From Neoechinorhynchus agilis (lineage: Eukaryota > Animalia > Acanthocephala): a stretch of 64,000 nt of DNA. The position numbers and the translations under genes were made by a program. The stretch lies in the NCBI GenBank assembly GCA_051530055.1, contig CM121343.1, positions 7,318,044 to 7,382,043 on the forward strand. The letters are read 5' to 3'. The notes under the pieces are model-generated. The model made no database searches. It saw only the letters and a list, made by a program, of their open reading frames with translations, and was not told the DNA's origin. This document shows, one piece after another, positions 24,625 through 38,800 of the stretch (positions are counted from its first letter, which is position 1; each line of letters starts with the position of its first letter).

Positions 24625-27600
24625 TTATCCGCTTGCAACTGTGTCGTTAAGATCCGTTCTTAACTTTTTACTCGACAGCTCGTCCAAATCGGTTGATGGA
24701 ATCTTCTGATTTGAATGTAGATTACTCTTTAGGGCCGGTGGCAGCGACAGCGGATTACACGGCTTAGCAGCAGCAGCAGCAGTACTTGAAACTGAATCAT
24801 AGCTGGGTTCGAATTTGTGATTAGATCTAAGGTGAGAGAACCAATCTCTCGTCTGTTCAAATGTTTCATTGCAAAGTGTACAACGGTGAGGTCGTTCACC
24901 CGTATCGTGGGTTTTTACATGAGAATTGAAGTTTCCGATTGTTCTGTACGATTTTCCGCATAGCGGACACCCGTATGGTTTTTCGCCAGTATGAATGCGG
25001 GTATGAATCTGAAGATCGCCAGAATTTGTGAACCGTTTTGAACAGTACTCACAACAATATGGCTTATCGTTTGTGTGACGACGAACGTGTATCTGAATAT
25101 TGGTTACGATCTTACCGCAGTATCCGCATTCATATCGCTTAAAGTTTCCGGATTGTCTTGAATGGAACGGTGGATGCGGAGGTGAGGTGTTGTTGTTACC
25201 CGTATTCGTTGTTGTTGTTGTTGTGCTGTTATTGTTGGTTCCAGCACAGTGTTCACTTTTATTATTACTACTAAGACAGGCCTTTGAAGACGTTGGTATG
25301 AACGAATTGGTGGCTGTTTTGATTGGTTTGTTTACGTCCGGATTAGCTAAAATCGCATTTTCTAAGATCTTAAATATCAGAAGCGGGCGATCACACAAAG
25401 AACCAAAAAATCGCGGTCCATTGTGGGATGGAAGGCGTATTCAAGAAGAGAAAAGGTTAGTCCGATATCAAATGAGCGCAAAGATCCACACGCAGTTCAG
25501 CTCCTATCGTCGACTAAGCTCTCACGTGCAAAGCGTTCCACGCACACCCACGACACATCTACACTGTCGCATTCTCACTCTCATATACACTCTCATTTAT
25601 TGCATGTGTGTGTGCGCGTGAGCATTTCTATATGATTGCCCAAAGTCAACTCTCAAAACTACGACGTCGTTGCAGCCACCGCATTAGAATCTTTTGCGTC
25701 ACTACCACCACCACCGCCTTCTCCTCCTCCTCCTCCTCCGCTACCACCACCACCACCGCCGCCGCCGCCACCACCCCCCGCAGATCCACCACCACCACCA
25801 CCGCCACCACCAGTGGTCCTGACGGGATGCGGGGGAAGAGGATCTACCACTCCGGCTGCAGCAGCCGCCGCTGCCGCTGCCTTGTTTGCCGCGTGATGAC
25901 TCATGTTCTTTTTACCGTGCTCACGGATATGAGCCAACCAACTAGAGAAATTTTCGAACTTGATCTGACATATTGAACATATATTATCGCTGTTTGCGTG
26001 AGTCCGCAAATGAGTGTTCCAATTACTACAATCGGTGTATGCACTCGCACAAATCGGACACAAATACGGCTTGTCTTCCTCGTGTATCCGAATATGCTTC
26101 TGAAGGTCACCACTGTCCGCAAACGCCTTTGGGCAGTATTTGCAGGTGAACGGCTTGTGATTAAAGTGTCGTCTCAAGTGAATCTTCAAGTAATTTACAT
26201 TCACGTCTTTTGAACATACTGGACATTCTCTTTTTCGTTTTAACACTCGCGAGTCACCCATTATGCTACCTCCAATTAAGGCAGCACCCGGTGAAGAGAC
26301 ACTCGCAGAGGCTGTAGTCGCGGTCGATAACTGTCTGCTTGCGTACAATTGGGGGCTACACTTTTTTACTCCGGACGATCTTGGACCACCGTTAGGACTA
26401 TCGTGATGCAGGTCAGCAAATGGTTTAACGTCAGGTTGGGAACCCGATATAGATAATTGAAATCCATGTTGAGATGAAGTGATTGTTGGACTTGTAATTT
26501 GGCTTTGTTGTTGATGTTGTTGACGCATAATGGCGATCTGTTGTTGGAAGGTGGCTAGTGTGGGATCGAAAACGGCGGTGCCTAGGACTGAATCACGCGT
26601 CTTTGATGATCCAACATCAGTAGGAACCGCAGCTGCTGTGATTGCGGAACCGTTGAACATTGTCGAGTTGTAGAAATGTGACGCCCCATTTTGGAGGGAA
26701 GATAAATACGGCAGCAACTGGATAGGGAGGGCGGAGCTAGTGTCCGTAACAGCACTTACGCTACCGCGAATATACGACGGAGTGCTCATGAGATACTCTA
26801 AACGAGTAGATCGTTCTTTGTGTGTTTTTCAGGTTTTAATTTCTTGAGATACACATGATATGGGCAGGGTATCCGCCGCCGACGCCACCAAAGTGAATAA
26901 TCCACGTCCTTGATTTCCATGCTTGTGAGTGAGAGCGAGTGAGAGACGACGAATCGTCTCCGGATCCAAGTGACCAGTGCTGTCGGTGATGGTGGTAGTA
27001 GTGCATAAGTGTGTGAGCGAGTGAGTGATCCTGCGGAGACGGACAGAGTCTGTGAGTGCATGAGTGCAGGTGCAAAGTAGTGAGTGTTCAATCTCTGTCG
27101 CCGATCTCCAATTTCCATTGTGAGCTTCATTGGATTGTGCGCCCCTATAGGTGCTGCTATGGTGGTGGTGGTGGTCTTGTGATCGAATCTTTTTATGACC
27201 GATGCACCATGTAAATGCACGTGTGTGTGTTCAAAGCAAATAATCGCACACACACACACAAACAAACAAATGAGCAAAAACATCATGCAGTTAACGTAGT
27301 TGTTGTTGTTGTTGTTGTTGGTTACGTGAGTGGTTTCATGCGTACGCGCTATTTTAATATTTTCATGCAAACGGCATGCAACTATTAAAGTGCGCCCATT
27401 AAAGCATGTCCCTAACGACCACCCAATTCTGAAAATGGCGAAGGACTTACGTGAGTTGTTAAAGCGATCTTGCGCTTCGGACATTGACGGGTCAACGAGA
27501 ATATTGGTCGCATTCGTACTCGTGACCGGTATCAAAGGAGACGATGCAACTTGGAATTGTTGTGAGGGTGGTGGAGATAGATTTGACGCGATTATTGATG

Positions 27601-28738
27601 ATGATCCCATGCAGACACCGTGACTTGAAACAGGCGAACGATTGACTGGACGGGCCACCGTCTTTGAGCACGAAGATGACTTGAACCGACTATCACTAAT
27701 ATTGGTACTCGATGAATCATCTATATCCATCGCAACTGTTTGTTCCTACCTCTTCAAGTTACACTTTTACCCGTAAACAAAAAAACACTTACTTGGTCGT
27801 TCATTAATGAGGCTGCTATTCGATTGAGGTTGTTCGCCTTCGCCGCCCGTGTATCGGTTGAAGGATCCACAATTCCATGGAAGTTAACTCGATCCAGCTG
27901 ATGCTCAACGTTTAATGTACTCGCTGTGTGTCCACAAGTGCGAAACTGTCACACGTCAAGAACGCATAATTTTTTGTTTGTACGAAAACGAACTTACGTT
28001 CGGACGACATAGTTCTTCTACACCGTTCAATTCAAGATCCGTACATAGTTTGATCCTTGAGAATTCGTCGCTATCTAAGCATGTCGAACGAAATCTTTTC
28101 TTGTTCAAGTACGACTGTGCTTGACAACGTTTAACGCTATGGTGACTCCGAGTAACGGATGAGATATGATGGCGAGGCTCTCCTTTCCTCCTCGAGAAAG
28201 GTCCTCCGCCTAATGTGGCTGTCATAGAATTCAGAGAGTCGTTTTCACAGTTTGCAGTTGAAGCATTACTCATTGAATTTGGCAGATGACATTCGCCGCT
28301 GGTTCGTTTCCGTTTTTTTGCGGATAAATTGGACAAATGGACGGCATGTTGTTGGCAACAGGACGAGGGAGAAGAGCTGCCAATAATCCGAAGAGTGCGT
28401 CGATATTTTTCTTTTAGTGTTCGAAGTAGTCTTTGAAAGATTGAATGAAAAGTGAACATTTTGGACAGCATTTCTGAGCAGTTTAAGCATACGATTTCCG
28501 AGTGAACTGACTGATCATGTGAGCATTGCATTTGCTGCTCCTTCGGATCATGTTCAACGGACGGCATGAATTTTTCCATGACGTCATGATAGCTAATAAG
28601 ATCAGCGACACAACCGCCAGTGATAGCGATTCGTCTCAGGGTGTGGATGTTGTAATATTCGGACAGTTTTCCATGACTTGGATCTTTAAGAACGGTGAAG
28701 CATATCCGACACCTATTTTTGACATTGGCGAGTGTCAT
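24625..28738 (-). CDS. Multi-exon zinc-finger transcription factor: N-terminal ZAD(zf-AD)-like domain plus two clusters of C2H2 fingers
   Basis: Exon 1 has CRIC...CLNC..L..MFTF. In-frame GT-AG joins can be built (RPN|gtaagt..gacag|FRT; NDQ|gtaagt..gtag|EQT; tca c|gtaagt..tttag|ag tat). Fingers with HTNDKPYCC and HTGEKPYGC linkers lie in 25659-26789 and 24625-25398. The join to the last cluster is uncertain. Confidence 0.75.
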
Positions 28739-28949
28739 GATGTCTAAAGAGGGGCTGTGAGTTTTCGGTGTAAAAGAAGGACGTATGGCAGTTCAGAGAG
28801 AGAGAGTTGGAAAGGCCGGATATATTTTTAAGGAGTAAATGTATATATGAACAAGTCATGTTCAAGAAAGTGAGATGCGTTTCTAGGAGATTGTCGTCAT
28901 TTTTGAAGTAAGGTGTTCGGGTTGCTTTTCTTTTGATACTGTTTCTAAG

Positions 28950-31200
28950 AAGGACAGTTTAGGCAAATAGGCGTGCGTGCATGCGCGAGGAGGGGATTTG
29001 GACGTGGAGGGGTCGCAGCAGTGAATCCGTGGGCGGGCCGATGGGCGGACGGAGGGTCGCACACCGGTGATATGGGGAGCGGGAGCAGCGGCGACGGCAG
29101 TTGTTGTAAGGTTGTTTGCACTTAATCAACATGAGGAGGAGAAGAAGGGAATAAAAAGGAGACATGGCTACATGTTATGCAACTCTCGTGGCTGCAAACG
29201 TGACTTTTGGGTTGATGGTGGAAGCGGCAACTATACAACACACAAACTGGCAGCCAAAGGAGACATAGAGCGCGAGTTATATGTGCCGCTCTGGTGTACA
29301 AGCGCGTACTCCGGAAGGAAGAACCCGTTCGAACGCTGAGTGGAGATCGGGGAGGAGGTGACTACACGGCTGCTACTACTGGGGGGGGCGCATATGACAG
29401 AATGCTACTCTGATGCATAAACAGCAGACCCTTAAACCACTGCGCGCTGCTAACTCGCTCGCTCTGTATGTGCTCCTGTCGGTTACACCAACACAGAACT
29501 ACTACTGATCTACACCATGTACATTCGCTCCTTTGTTGGAGTTGTGGATCACCCCCAGCATCGACGACGGGAGTCGACAGTGACATTTCCCAGCAGCAGC
29601 AGCCGCAGAGGAGGAGACTGCACGCCATCCGCGCGCGCGCGCGTGTGTGTGTGGTCATCAACCCAGCAGTCCGGGGCGGCGCGGAGATGGCGCGGCTTAA
29701 TGAGTGATGTGCGGCGATCGGGGTCACAACCAGGGTGCCATCGGCTGATTGAGCTCGGGAAGATCTCATGCGATTCGTTCGTTTGTGCATAAATATTCGG
29801 CGCTGGTTGCGCGGTGGTACTGGTGCGCGTGTGTGTGTACCTCAGCAGCAGCAGCAGCAGCAGCAATGGCAGCAGCACAGACTGTAGAAAAGAGACATAT
29901 AATTGATTTACGCAGGATTTGAGCGTTATGTGCGTGGGGAGGGGGCGATGGCAGCAAGCACATTGTAAAGCCATCTCCTGACAACGCATGAAACTACTGG
30001 TATCACCATCGAGCTGCTGCTGCTGTTGCTGTTGCTGCTGCTGCTGCTGCTGCACAACCGCAGCAGCACATATGCGCGCGCGCCTTTACTACCCCAGTGT
30101 GCAGCAACCCTTTCTGTGGCTGCTGGTACCACCCCGTGGCATCCTGCGAGTGTATTCTGCACATGTGTACACGCACAACAAACCATCGATAGAGTACACT
30201 GCCGCTTCCATTCCCCATCAAGTACTACCCACTGCATCGAAATCTTCTTATTAGTCGCTGTCTAGGGTCGTCGACGTCGTGCAGTTCGGTGGTGGTGGTG
30301 GTGGTGCAAGAGTACAGAAACCAGGGCGTTTTTATCCATAGGACCATCTCTAATGACGCATTCAACCGAAATCCAACACCCGTGTTGTCACAATGACCCA
30401 ATCCATTTCAAATTCAAAAAACAGACTAAAATGACTCGAGCTATAGAACCACTCGCGGCGTGCTAGCTCTACCTGTAATCCCATTGGCTGAGTGCTTATT
30501 AGCCCCCGCCCGTTAAAGTAGCGAATGAGAACACAGAGGCGCGCGCGCGTGCGCGTTGATCGTTGTTAGTAGTGGAGCAGTACGCTTAGTGGCTTTATCC
30601 AAAAACCATTTCGCGATAATTTGACACCGGCATTAAAACCAAGAGAACTACACATACTTACGACTGCACAAACCGTTGAACACATGCGCGTAAGCAATGT
30701 GAAATTGAGCGTGCGGAGTTGAGCAGTGCAGTTGTTATGAGCGACAAAATGTCAGACAGGAGAGGCGGGCGGAATCACGATGTTTTAAAGAAATACTTCA
30801 AGGGCTTTTGCCATTCACCTGCTCCTATATGGAGGGGGAACATTGCTGCCGCTGCTGCGTCATACGACAGACAGTTTTTGTAATACATGAGCACTACTGC
30901 GGCGATGTATGGCCCATTTAGTCTCAGTCACTCACTGTGTGTGTGTATGGGGTTGTGTGACAGATTGAACATCGCGCAAATATTGTCGAAACAAAGGTTC
31001 TCCTGGTGTGAATAGAATTAGTCATTTCGATGCGACTGTGAGTACTGCATCCCACCAGCCAATGTACACGGATCAGGCCATCTAGTAAACCAAGCCCACA
31101 AGAGAGAGAGTAGCATTCAATCATAAATAATAAGCTGTTTAAAAAATCCGAGGCTATCATCAAGAGAAACAAACGGCATAACTGAATGACGATCCACATG
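28950..31200. repeat. Microsatellite-rich, GC-richer region upstream of the zinc-finger gene (CAG/CTG, GTG, CA, GC tracts); possible promoter/5' UTR
   Basis: Tracts at ~29840-29875, 30010-30065, 30288-30305 and 30538-30555. CCAAT-like (ccattggctg, 30481) and GC-box-like (gcccccgccc, ~30502) motifs. An acceptor (tctttag) directly precedes the ATG exon at 28744. Confidence 0.5.
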
Positions 31201-33259
31201 AGTCTTTTATTTTCCGCATGTCCTACGACCCGCGCGTGTTATCCACAAATAAGTGTATCAAGACGAAACAATGCAGTTAGTGTGCGAAAATGATGACTAC
31301 ACACTGAACAGAATATCAGTCTTTAAATGTAGGTTTGCGTATTTTAAATAAAAAAGTCCGAATGATTAAGGTAACTTTGAAAAGTTCCACATACCTCATT
31401 GTCTTAATACCAGTTCTTGTAGTTTCCTTTCGTAAAAATCGAGTTTGCAAATAATGTTATCTTATAGCTAAAACAGTAACTGAGATACTTCATACTTACA
31501 AAACATTGCGAAGAAAAATATGTTCTCGCTTATAAGGTTGAGTCGAAATGTGATATTTGCCTTTTAATAAAAGTCCATGTTGTAGATGCAATATCTAAAT
31601 TGTTTACTTTATTATTGATAGAATACATGTCTCAAAAAATGCCTGCAATTTAAATGGACCTTAAAGTACTAACGACGCCATCATAGGTTTATGGAGTGAA
31701 GTAACCAATATATAATAAATCTCATCACCCTATTGTTCTTGAGTTAAACATAATGGCGAAGAACTGTTCACTTTTTGATAAAACAAGTTCAATGAGGTTT
31801 TCGGTCTAGGGACTTGACGTAATCCTTTTAGAGCGAATAAAAGCTTACCGAACATTACGTATACTCCTTCAAAGATCCTTGATCTGCTCCTAATAGAAAA
31901 CTTGTCTTTTAACAGCGTTCAACAATTTAGTGAACATTTGTAAAGAAACCATCATGCTTGTAAGATACGCAGGACCTTTAGGTTACAGTTTAAACAAGTG
32001 AAATCAATCTCCATAGATGCACCTTTTCGTCGATAATTCTATTGTCGTAGCTTTTCCTCTGAGTAGTCCGAATCGTTATACCGGTTTGTTTTTGATAATA
32101 TTTTAAGCACCAAAATCCAAAAGTATCAGTCGCCCAAATGAACTAAAGGTTGTTAATATAAAAATATAGTGAGATATTGTAGCGACATTGCGTCCAGACA
32201 ACAACTCAAATGACCGACAAGGATTAAGTTCCGATATTTTAATGCTAGTTTAATCTAAAAAATACAAGCTTTAACGAGCACGATGCAACAGAGGATATTT
32301 AAGACGAATCCAGTGACTCAGGATTAGTGTTCATGAGGACCCAAAAGTACATGGGTTCTATTCTTTTGGCTTTAATAAAATGTGAGATCGGCACGAGTTA
32401 TACTGCTGAAGTGAAAACAGCAAGTAGGAAAACGGACAGTGTAAAAAGGAATTATCAAGATTACTTGTTTAATCTCGTAGTTGAATTTGCCTATCATTGT
32501 ATAAACATTGCAGTGTAATTAACAAAAAACTTTATAAATAAAGTGGGACTATCAAGTCTGTTACTTGTAATCATGTGGACATTGTCAAAATCAATTTTAA
32601 ACAACTTTTTTTGACGAAAAGTTCAGTGAGACATTTTTTCATAATTGAGTACAAACCATCTCTTTCATTAATAACTTCGTCTTTTATTAAATGCCGCATT
32701 TTCAAAAATAAAATGCGCAAAGTTGCAGAAAAACAAGAAATTCACTCCTACCAATAATAAACTTGATGAAACGCATTAGCTATGCATTTTAAAAATTCTC
32801 CAAATCCAGAAAGACAGTAGAAACTCCACCTTTACAGCACCGCATCAGCTTAGCTTTAAAAAAATATAATTGGCGCATATTCATATCGCCTTTTCACGAC
32901 CGCAAACTAATCTTTGGAAATTTTATTGTGGTCTCTTCGACGCCCCTTAGATTATGCTGAAATATTTTAGCTAGAGGATACAAGGAACGAAAAGGATCTT
33001 CAATACTTGAATCACTTGTCGTTTACGATCTCAACTAAGGATTAACCGTAGCTTTTCTGAAAAAGATGCCGTAGTTTAGAATCCCATTATTTGTAAAATA
33101 CATTTTAATCTATTGATTTCATTATTTTATTTGAAACAAAAATCCCCCTTTATCCATTGTCTTAAATGATTGAGGAGAAATAAATTAATATTAGAAATTT
33201 GAATATGAACCTGAAATGATTCTGAGGCGCTCCTGCAAGCAAAAAACTCCAATTCGCCC

Positions 33260-33450
33260 ACTAGAACGGACCTTCCAACCTAACCGGATATTCTCAATCG
33301 AACGGACACATCCTCACCCGAACGAACCGTCCCCGACTGGATAGTTCCCGTCCGAATAGGAATCCCTCCGACCAGATAGATGAGGACCCAAAGATACATG
33401 GGCCATCCTAAACCTTTCTTTGTATTATCAATAAACGTGTTATTATTGTT
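33260..33450 (+). mobile_element. LINE 3' UTR fragment carrying ~3 satellite-type monomers followed by the terminal segment
   Basis: agaacggaccttccaacc..ccggatatt..cccgaacg..ccccgactggatagttccc..., then gaggacccaaagatacatggg..aataaacgtgttattatt. Confidence 0.7.
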
Positions 33451-34959
33451 ATGTGGTGATTAAAATGGGGACTTTATTATCCGGACCGAATTCCCCTTGA
33501 AGGGCAGTTTAAAAAATATGAAAGCCGTAAAAGTTCACAGGCTCATTTAATTCAAATGGACTATGATTATTGGGGTTATAGGAAGGAATGTTTTTGTGGT
33601 TAAAAATAATAGTGCTCAAAAGCCGAAGGTATTGTTGAGCCGGTATTCGTCCGTGCACTGAAGAACGAAGAGGTTAAACTGTTACTTCATTTCGATGCGG
33701 TATGTTGCAGTTTAGGTTAGCATAACGCACCTTTCTCGAGCATTTCCCTTACGCAAGGAAGCACTTTTACGAAAATTGTCTTTCAAAAAGAGACAATTTT
33801 CTGGACTAAAATGACATTTAAAAGAATCAGCTAGGAGAAAATTGCGACAGCGTTTATCACTGACCTCTTGAGCATTTCTATGTACGGTTCAGACGAATGA
33901 CTGTTCACATTAAAACTAACCGAGTTATCATTGCTGTGGACCTTTTTTGGGGGGCAGAGTCAATTGATGTCCAGAAAAACTATATTTGGAATTGAACCAC
34001 GCTCCTTGGACTAGTCCGTCATGTGATAACGGCTTCAAAACTATCGAATGATGCATTGCAATATCCAAAATTCTTTTTGATGATTAACGCCATTTGATAG
34101 AATGAAGCGATCTTCTTGTACTACTTCAACGGTTATTGGCTTTATAATTTATTCCCGATCGATGTAGTCAAGAGAAAATTCCTCAGGATGATGATTCTTA
34201 GGTGACTGACGAAGTTTCCACCTTCGAAATATCCTCAATAAAACGTGTTTTATCCGGGGGAGGACTTCACGTTCAATTTTGATGATCCTTGAAACGGGTT
34301 AGCGTGGATGAGGTCGGAAGGCGCCGTTAAAGAAGTCACATTTTACATTGCAACACAAAAGCACGAACTTCAAAATGAGAACTTTGGAAAACGTTTGGAG
34401 ATGTTGTCTAGGTTCATTTAGAATTTAATTATCAGGCATACGGAAGAATCAAAGAAGAACTTACGTTAAAAGTGTACACGAAAGCAGAGTTTGCAACCTT
34501 AATTGGCACTGGAAACTTAGTTAATTTTTCTATGCATCTCTAAATTTATCCGATAATTCAATTTTTACTTGTCTATAGCGGTTTTGAGGAACAATCTTGT
34601 ACGCCTTTATCCACTTTCACACAATTCCGTTTTCATTGTGTGACGTCGTAGAAATTTATTCTTCGGCGCCGAGCTAAGAAATTAGTCAATTCAAGTCCGG
34701 AATTTAAAGAAAGTCGATCAATTTCCGTTGGGTTTATTTTCAAGATTTAGCTTGGCTGGCAGCGATGCGACATTTAGTCACTTAGATTAAATGATGAGCT
34801 CAGCGTTTTTTAAATGACTTCTGAGAATTTAGGATTCCCAACCGCATTTCCGGTATTTTAGCTAACGTTCCACGATTAAAGTTTTTATTTTTCCGTGAAT
34901 ATTCGCTTTCTCGTAGAATATAGATTTAATGATATCGAGAAAATCCATCGAGATGGTAA

Positions 34960-35109
34960 ATTTTGACTTGTGGAAATATATTCACCCGGTATTGTTCTGA
35001 AATATTTCGAAAGAGGAAACCTTGCCTAATCATTTATTGCTTGCGAGGTTTCCTCTTTCGAAATATTTCAGAACAGTACCGGGCGAATATATTTTCCACA
35101 AGTCAAAAT
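34960..35109. mobile_element. ~150-bp hairpin MITE just upstream of PFDN4
   Basis: ~65-bp arms attttgacttgtggaaatatattc..gaaagaggaaaccttgc / gcgaggtttcctctttc..tattttccacaagtcaaaat, with TA dinucleotides near both ends. Confidence 0.75.
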
Positions 35110-35179
35110 ATAGGTTTAATTCGTGCAAATAAGGGTCAATGGATTCTTTGTCATTGGAATATAAAGATATTCTTTAGAT

Positions 35180-35584
35180 ATGAATTGCATCGATATTAGT
35201 GAAGAAGATCAGGAAAAGATCAGCGCTTTTGCACAAAAACACGTTCGATTGGGCGAGATCGAAGCCAAAATTTACGAACTTGAGTTACTTTATAAAGATC
35301 AATGTAATTCCATTTCCGAACTTGAAGAACTTGAACTGTGTGATGACGTAAAAAACGTTTGGTACCGAATAGGAATGATGCATATAATGATAACGCCGGA
35401 TCGCGCAAGGGAAATCATCGTCGATCGAAAGAAATCAACTGCCGATTCGATTGCAAATCTACAGAGTACTATTGATTCCCTCAAGGACGACATGAACGTT
35501 CTAAAGAAACACTTGTATGAGCGTTTTGGTGGAGATATCAATCTCGAAGGAGGCAATGAAAGCAGTCCACGTTATAGACAATAA
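35180..35584 (+). CDS. PFDN4: Prefoldin subunit 4
   Basis: ISEEDQEKISAFAQ...WYRIG...LKKHLYERFGGDINLE matches the PFDN4 pattern (VTFEDQQKINKFAR...PYQIG...LKVQLYAKFGSNINLE), as recalled. Confidence 0.92.
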   Translation: MNCIDISEEDQEKISAFAQKHVRLGEIEAKIYELELLYKDQCNSISELEELELCDDVKNVWYRIGMMHIMITPDRAREIIVDRKKSTADSIANLQSTIDSLKDDMNVLKKHLYERFGGDINLEGGNESSPRYRQ

Positions 35585-35837
35585 ATTCATGCAAGAAATC
35601 CGCGACTGTCTTCATCTTAATCAATAGCTTGGATGTGCCCCTTGAATACAGAAGTGGAACACGATATTTCCTGTTGCATTTTCAGTACACTTGCCCTTTA
35701 TTTTACAGTTAAACTCTTTTGTCATTTGAAATGCACTCAGGCAGCTCAATTTCGCTAAAAGAGCACAAAAATCGTTTATTTGCAAATAACAACGAGGCTT
35801 ATCAGTTAAATTGGTTACTGACAAGGATTTATATATC

Positions 35838-38800
35838 GAGTTCGCGTGGGAATATCCAGCCGAGCGATGTCCGTTCGGGTGGGAATTGTCGGAGAGATGT
35901 CTATTCGGGCGGCACTATCAAGTCAGGTGATGTCCGTTCGAATGGGAACTATCCAGTCGGAGGATGTCAGTACGGGTGGAAATGGTTGGCGCGATGTCTA
36001 TTCGGCTATGACTTTCCAGTCGGGGGATGTCCATTCGGGTGAGAACTATCAAGTCAGGTGATTTCCGTTCGGGTTGGAACTATCCAGTCGGAGGATGTCA
36101 GTACGGGTGGCAATCGTTGGCGCGATGTCTATTCGGCTATGACTATCCAGTCGGGGGATGTACGTTCGGGTGGGAATGGTAAAAGGGATCTCCGTTCGGG
36201 TTTGACTTTCCAGTCGGGGGATGTCCATTCGGGTGGGAACTATCAAGTCAGGTGATGTCCGTTCGGGTGGGAACTATCCAGTCGGAGGATGTCAGTACGG
36301 GTGGAAATGGTTGGCGCGATGTCTATTCGGCTATGACTATTCAGTCGGGGGATGTACGTTCGGGTGGGAATGGTAAAAGGGATCTCCGTTCGGGTTTGAC
36401 TTTCCAGTCGGGGGATGTCCATTCGGGTGGGAACTATCAAGTCAGGTGTCCGTTCGGTGGGAACTATCCAGTCGGAGGATGTCAGTACGGGTGGAAATGG
36501 TTGGCGCGATGTCTATTCGGCTATGACTATTCAGTCGGGATGTACGTTCGGGTGGGAATGGTAAAAGGGATCTCCGTTCGGGTTTGACTTTCCAGTCGGG
36601 GGATGTCCATTCGGGTGGGAACTATCAAGTCAGGTGATGTCCGCTCGGGTGGGAACTATCCAGTCGGAGGATGTCAGTACGGGTGGTAATCGTTGGCGCG
36701 ATGTCTATTCGGCTATGACTATCCAGTCGGGGATGTACGTTCGGGTGGGAATGGTAAAAGGGATCTCCGTTCGGGTTTGACTTTCCAGTCGGGGGATGTC
36801 CATTCGGGTGGGAACTATCAAGTCAGGTGATGTCCGTTCGGGTGGGAACTATCCAGTCGGAGGATGTCAGTACGGGTGGAAATGGTTGGCGCGATGTCTA
36901 TTCGGCTATGACTATTCAGTCGGGGGATGTACGTTCGGGTGGGAATGGTAAAAGGGATCTCCGTTCGGGTTTGACTTTCCAGTCGGGGGATGTCCATTCG
37001 GGTGGGAACTATCAAGTCAGGTGATGTCCGCTCGGGTGGGAACTATCCAGTCGGAGGATGTCAGTACGGGTGGTAATCGTTGGCGCGATGTCTATTCGGC
37101 TATGACTATCCAGTCGGGGGATGTACGTTCGGGTGGGAATGGTAAAAGGGATCTCCGTTCGGGTTTGACTTTCCAGTCGGGGGATGTCCATTCGGGTGGG
37201 AACTATCAAGTCAGGTGATGTCCGCTCGGGTGGGAACTATCCAGTCGGAGGATGTCAGTACGGGTGGAAATCGTTGGCGCGATGTCTATTCGGCTATGAC
37301 TATTCAGTCGGGGGATGTACGTTCGGGTGGGAATGGTAAAAGGGATCTCCGTTCGAGTTTGACTTTCCAGTCGGGGGATGTCCATTCGGGTGGGAACTAT
37401 CAAGTCAGGTGATGTCCGCTCGGGTGGGAACTATCCAGTCGGAGGATGTCAGTACGGGTGGAAATGGTTGGCGCGATGTCTATTCGGCTATGACTATTCA
37501 GTCGGGGGATGTACGTTCGGGTGGGAATGGTAAAAGGGATCTCCGTTCGGGTTTGACTTTCCAGTCGGGGGATGTCCATTCGGGTGGGACTATCAAGTCA
37601 GGTGATGTCCGCTCGGGTGGGAACTATCCAGTCGGAGGATGTCAGTACGGGTGGAAATGGTTGGCGCGATGTCTATTCGGCTATGACTATCCAGTCGGGG
37701 GATGTACGTTCGGGTGGGAATGGTAAAAGGGATCTCCGTTCGAGTTTGACTTTCCAGTCGGGGGATGTCCATTCGGGTGGGAACTATCAAGTCAGGTGAT
37801 GTCCGTTCGGGTGGGAACTATCCAGTCGGAGGATGTCAGTACGGGTGGTAATCGTTGGCGCGATGTCTATTCGGCTATGACTATTCAGTCGGGGGATGTA
37901 CGTTCGGGTGGGAATGGTAAAAGGGATCTCCGTTCGGGTTTGACTTTCCAGTCGGGGGATGTCCATTCGGGTGGGACTATCAAGTCAGGTGATGTCCGCT
38001 CGGGTGGGAACTATCCAGTCGGAGGATGTCAGTACGGGTGGAAATGGTTGGCGCGATGTCTATTCGGCTATGACTATTCAGTCGGGGGATGTACGTTCGG
38101 GTGGGAATGGTAAAAGGGATCTCCGTTCGGGTTTGACTTTCCAGTCGGGGGATGTCAATTCGGGTGGGACTATCAAGTCAGGTGATGTCCGTTCGGGTGG
38201 GAACTATCCAGTCGGAGGATGTCAGTACGGGTGGAAATGGTTGGCGCGATGTCTATTCGGCTATGACTATTCAGTCGGGGGATGTACGTTCGGGTGGGAA
38301 TGGTAAAAGGGATCTCCGTTCGGGTTTGACTTTCCAGTCGGGGGATGTCCATTCGGGTGGGACTATCAAGTCAGGTGATGTCCGTTCGGGTGGGAACTAT
38401 CCAGTCGGAGGATGTCAGTACGGGTGGAAATGGTTGGCGCGATGTCTATTCGGCTATGACTATTCAGTCGGGGGATGTACGTTCGGGTGGGAATGGTAAA
38501 AGGGATCTCCGTTCGAGTTTGACTTTCCAGTCGGGGGATGTCCATTCGGGTGGGACTATCAAGTCAGGTGATGTCCGTTCGGGTGGGAACTATCCAGTCG
38601 GAGGATGTCAGTACGGGTGGAAATGGTTGGCGCGATGTCTATTCGGCTATGACTATTCAGTCGGGGGATGTACGTTCGGGTGGGAATGGTAAAAGGGATC
38701 TCCGTTCGAGTTTGACTTTCCAGTCGGGGGATGATAATTCGGGTGGGACTATCAAGTCAGGTGATGTCCGTTCGGGTGGGAACTATCCAGTCGGAGGATG

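Noticed and set aside
25100-26213. Plus-strand ORFs including the poly-Pro frame 25636-25896
   Set aside because: Antisense shadows of the poly-Gly/Ala and zinc-finger exons on the minus strand.
29362-30265. Poly-Q, poly-C and poly-L ORFs
   Set aside because: Generated by CAG/CTG microsatellites; no domain content.
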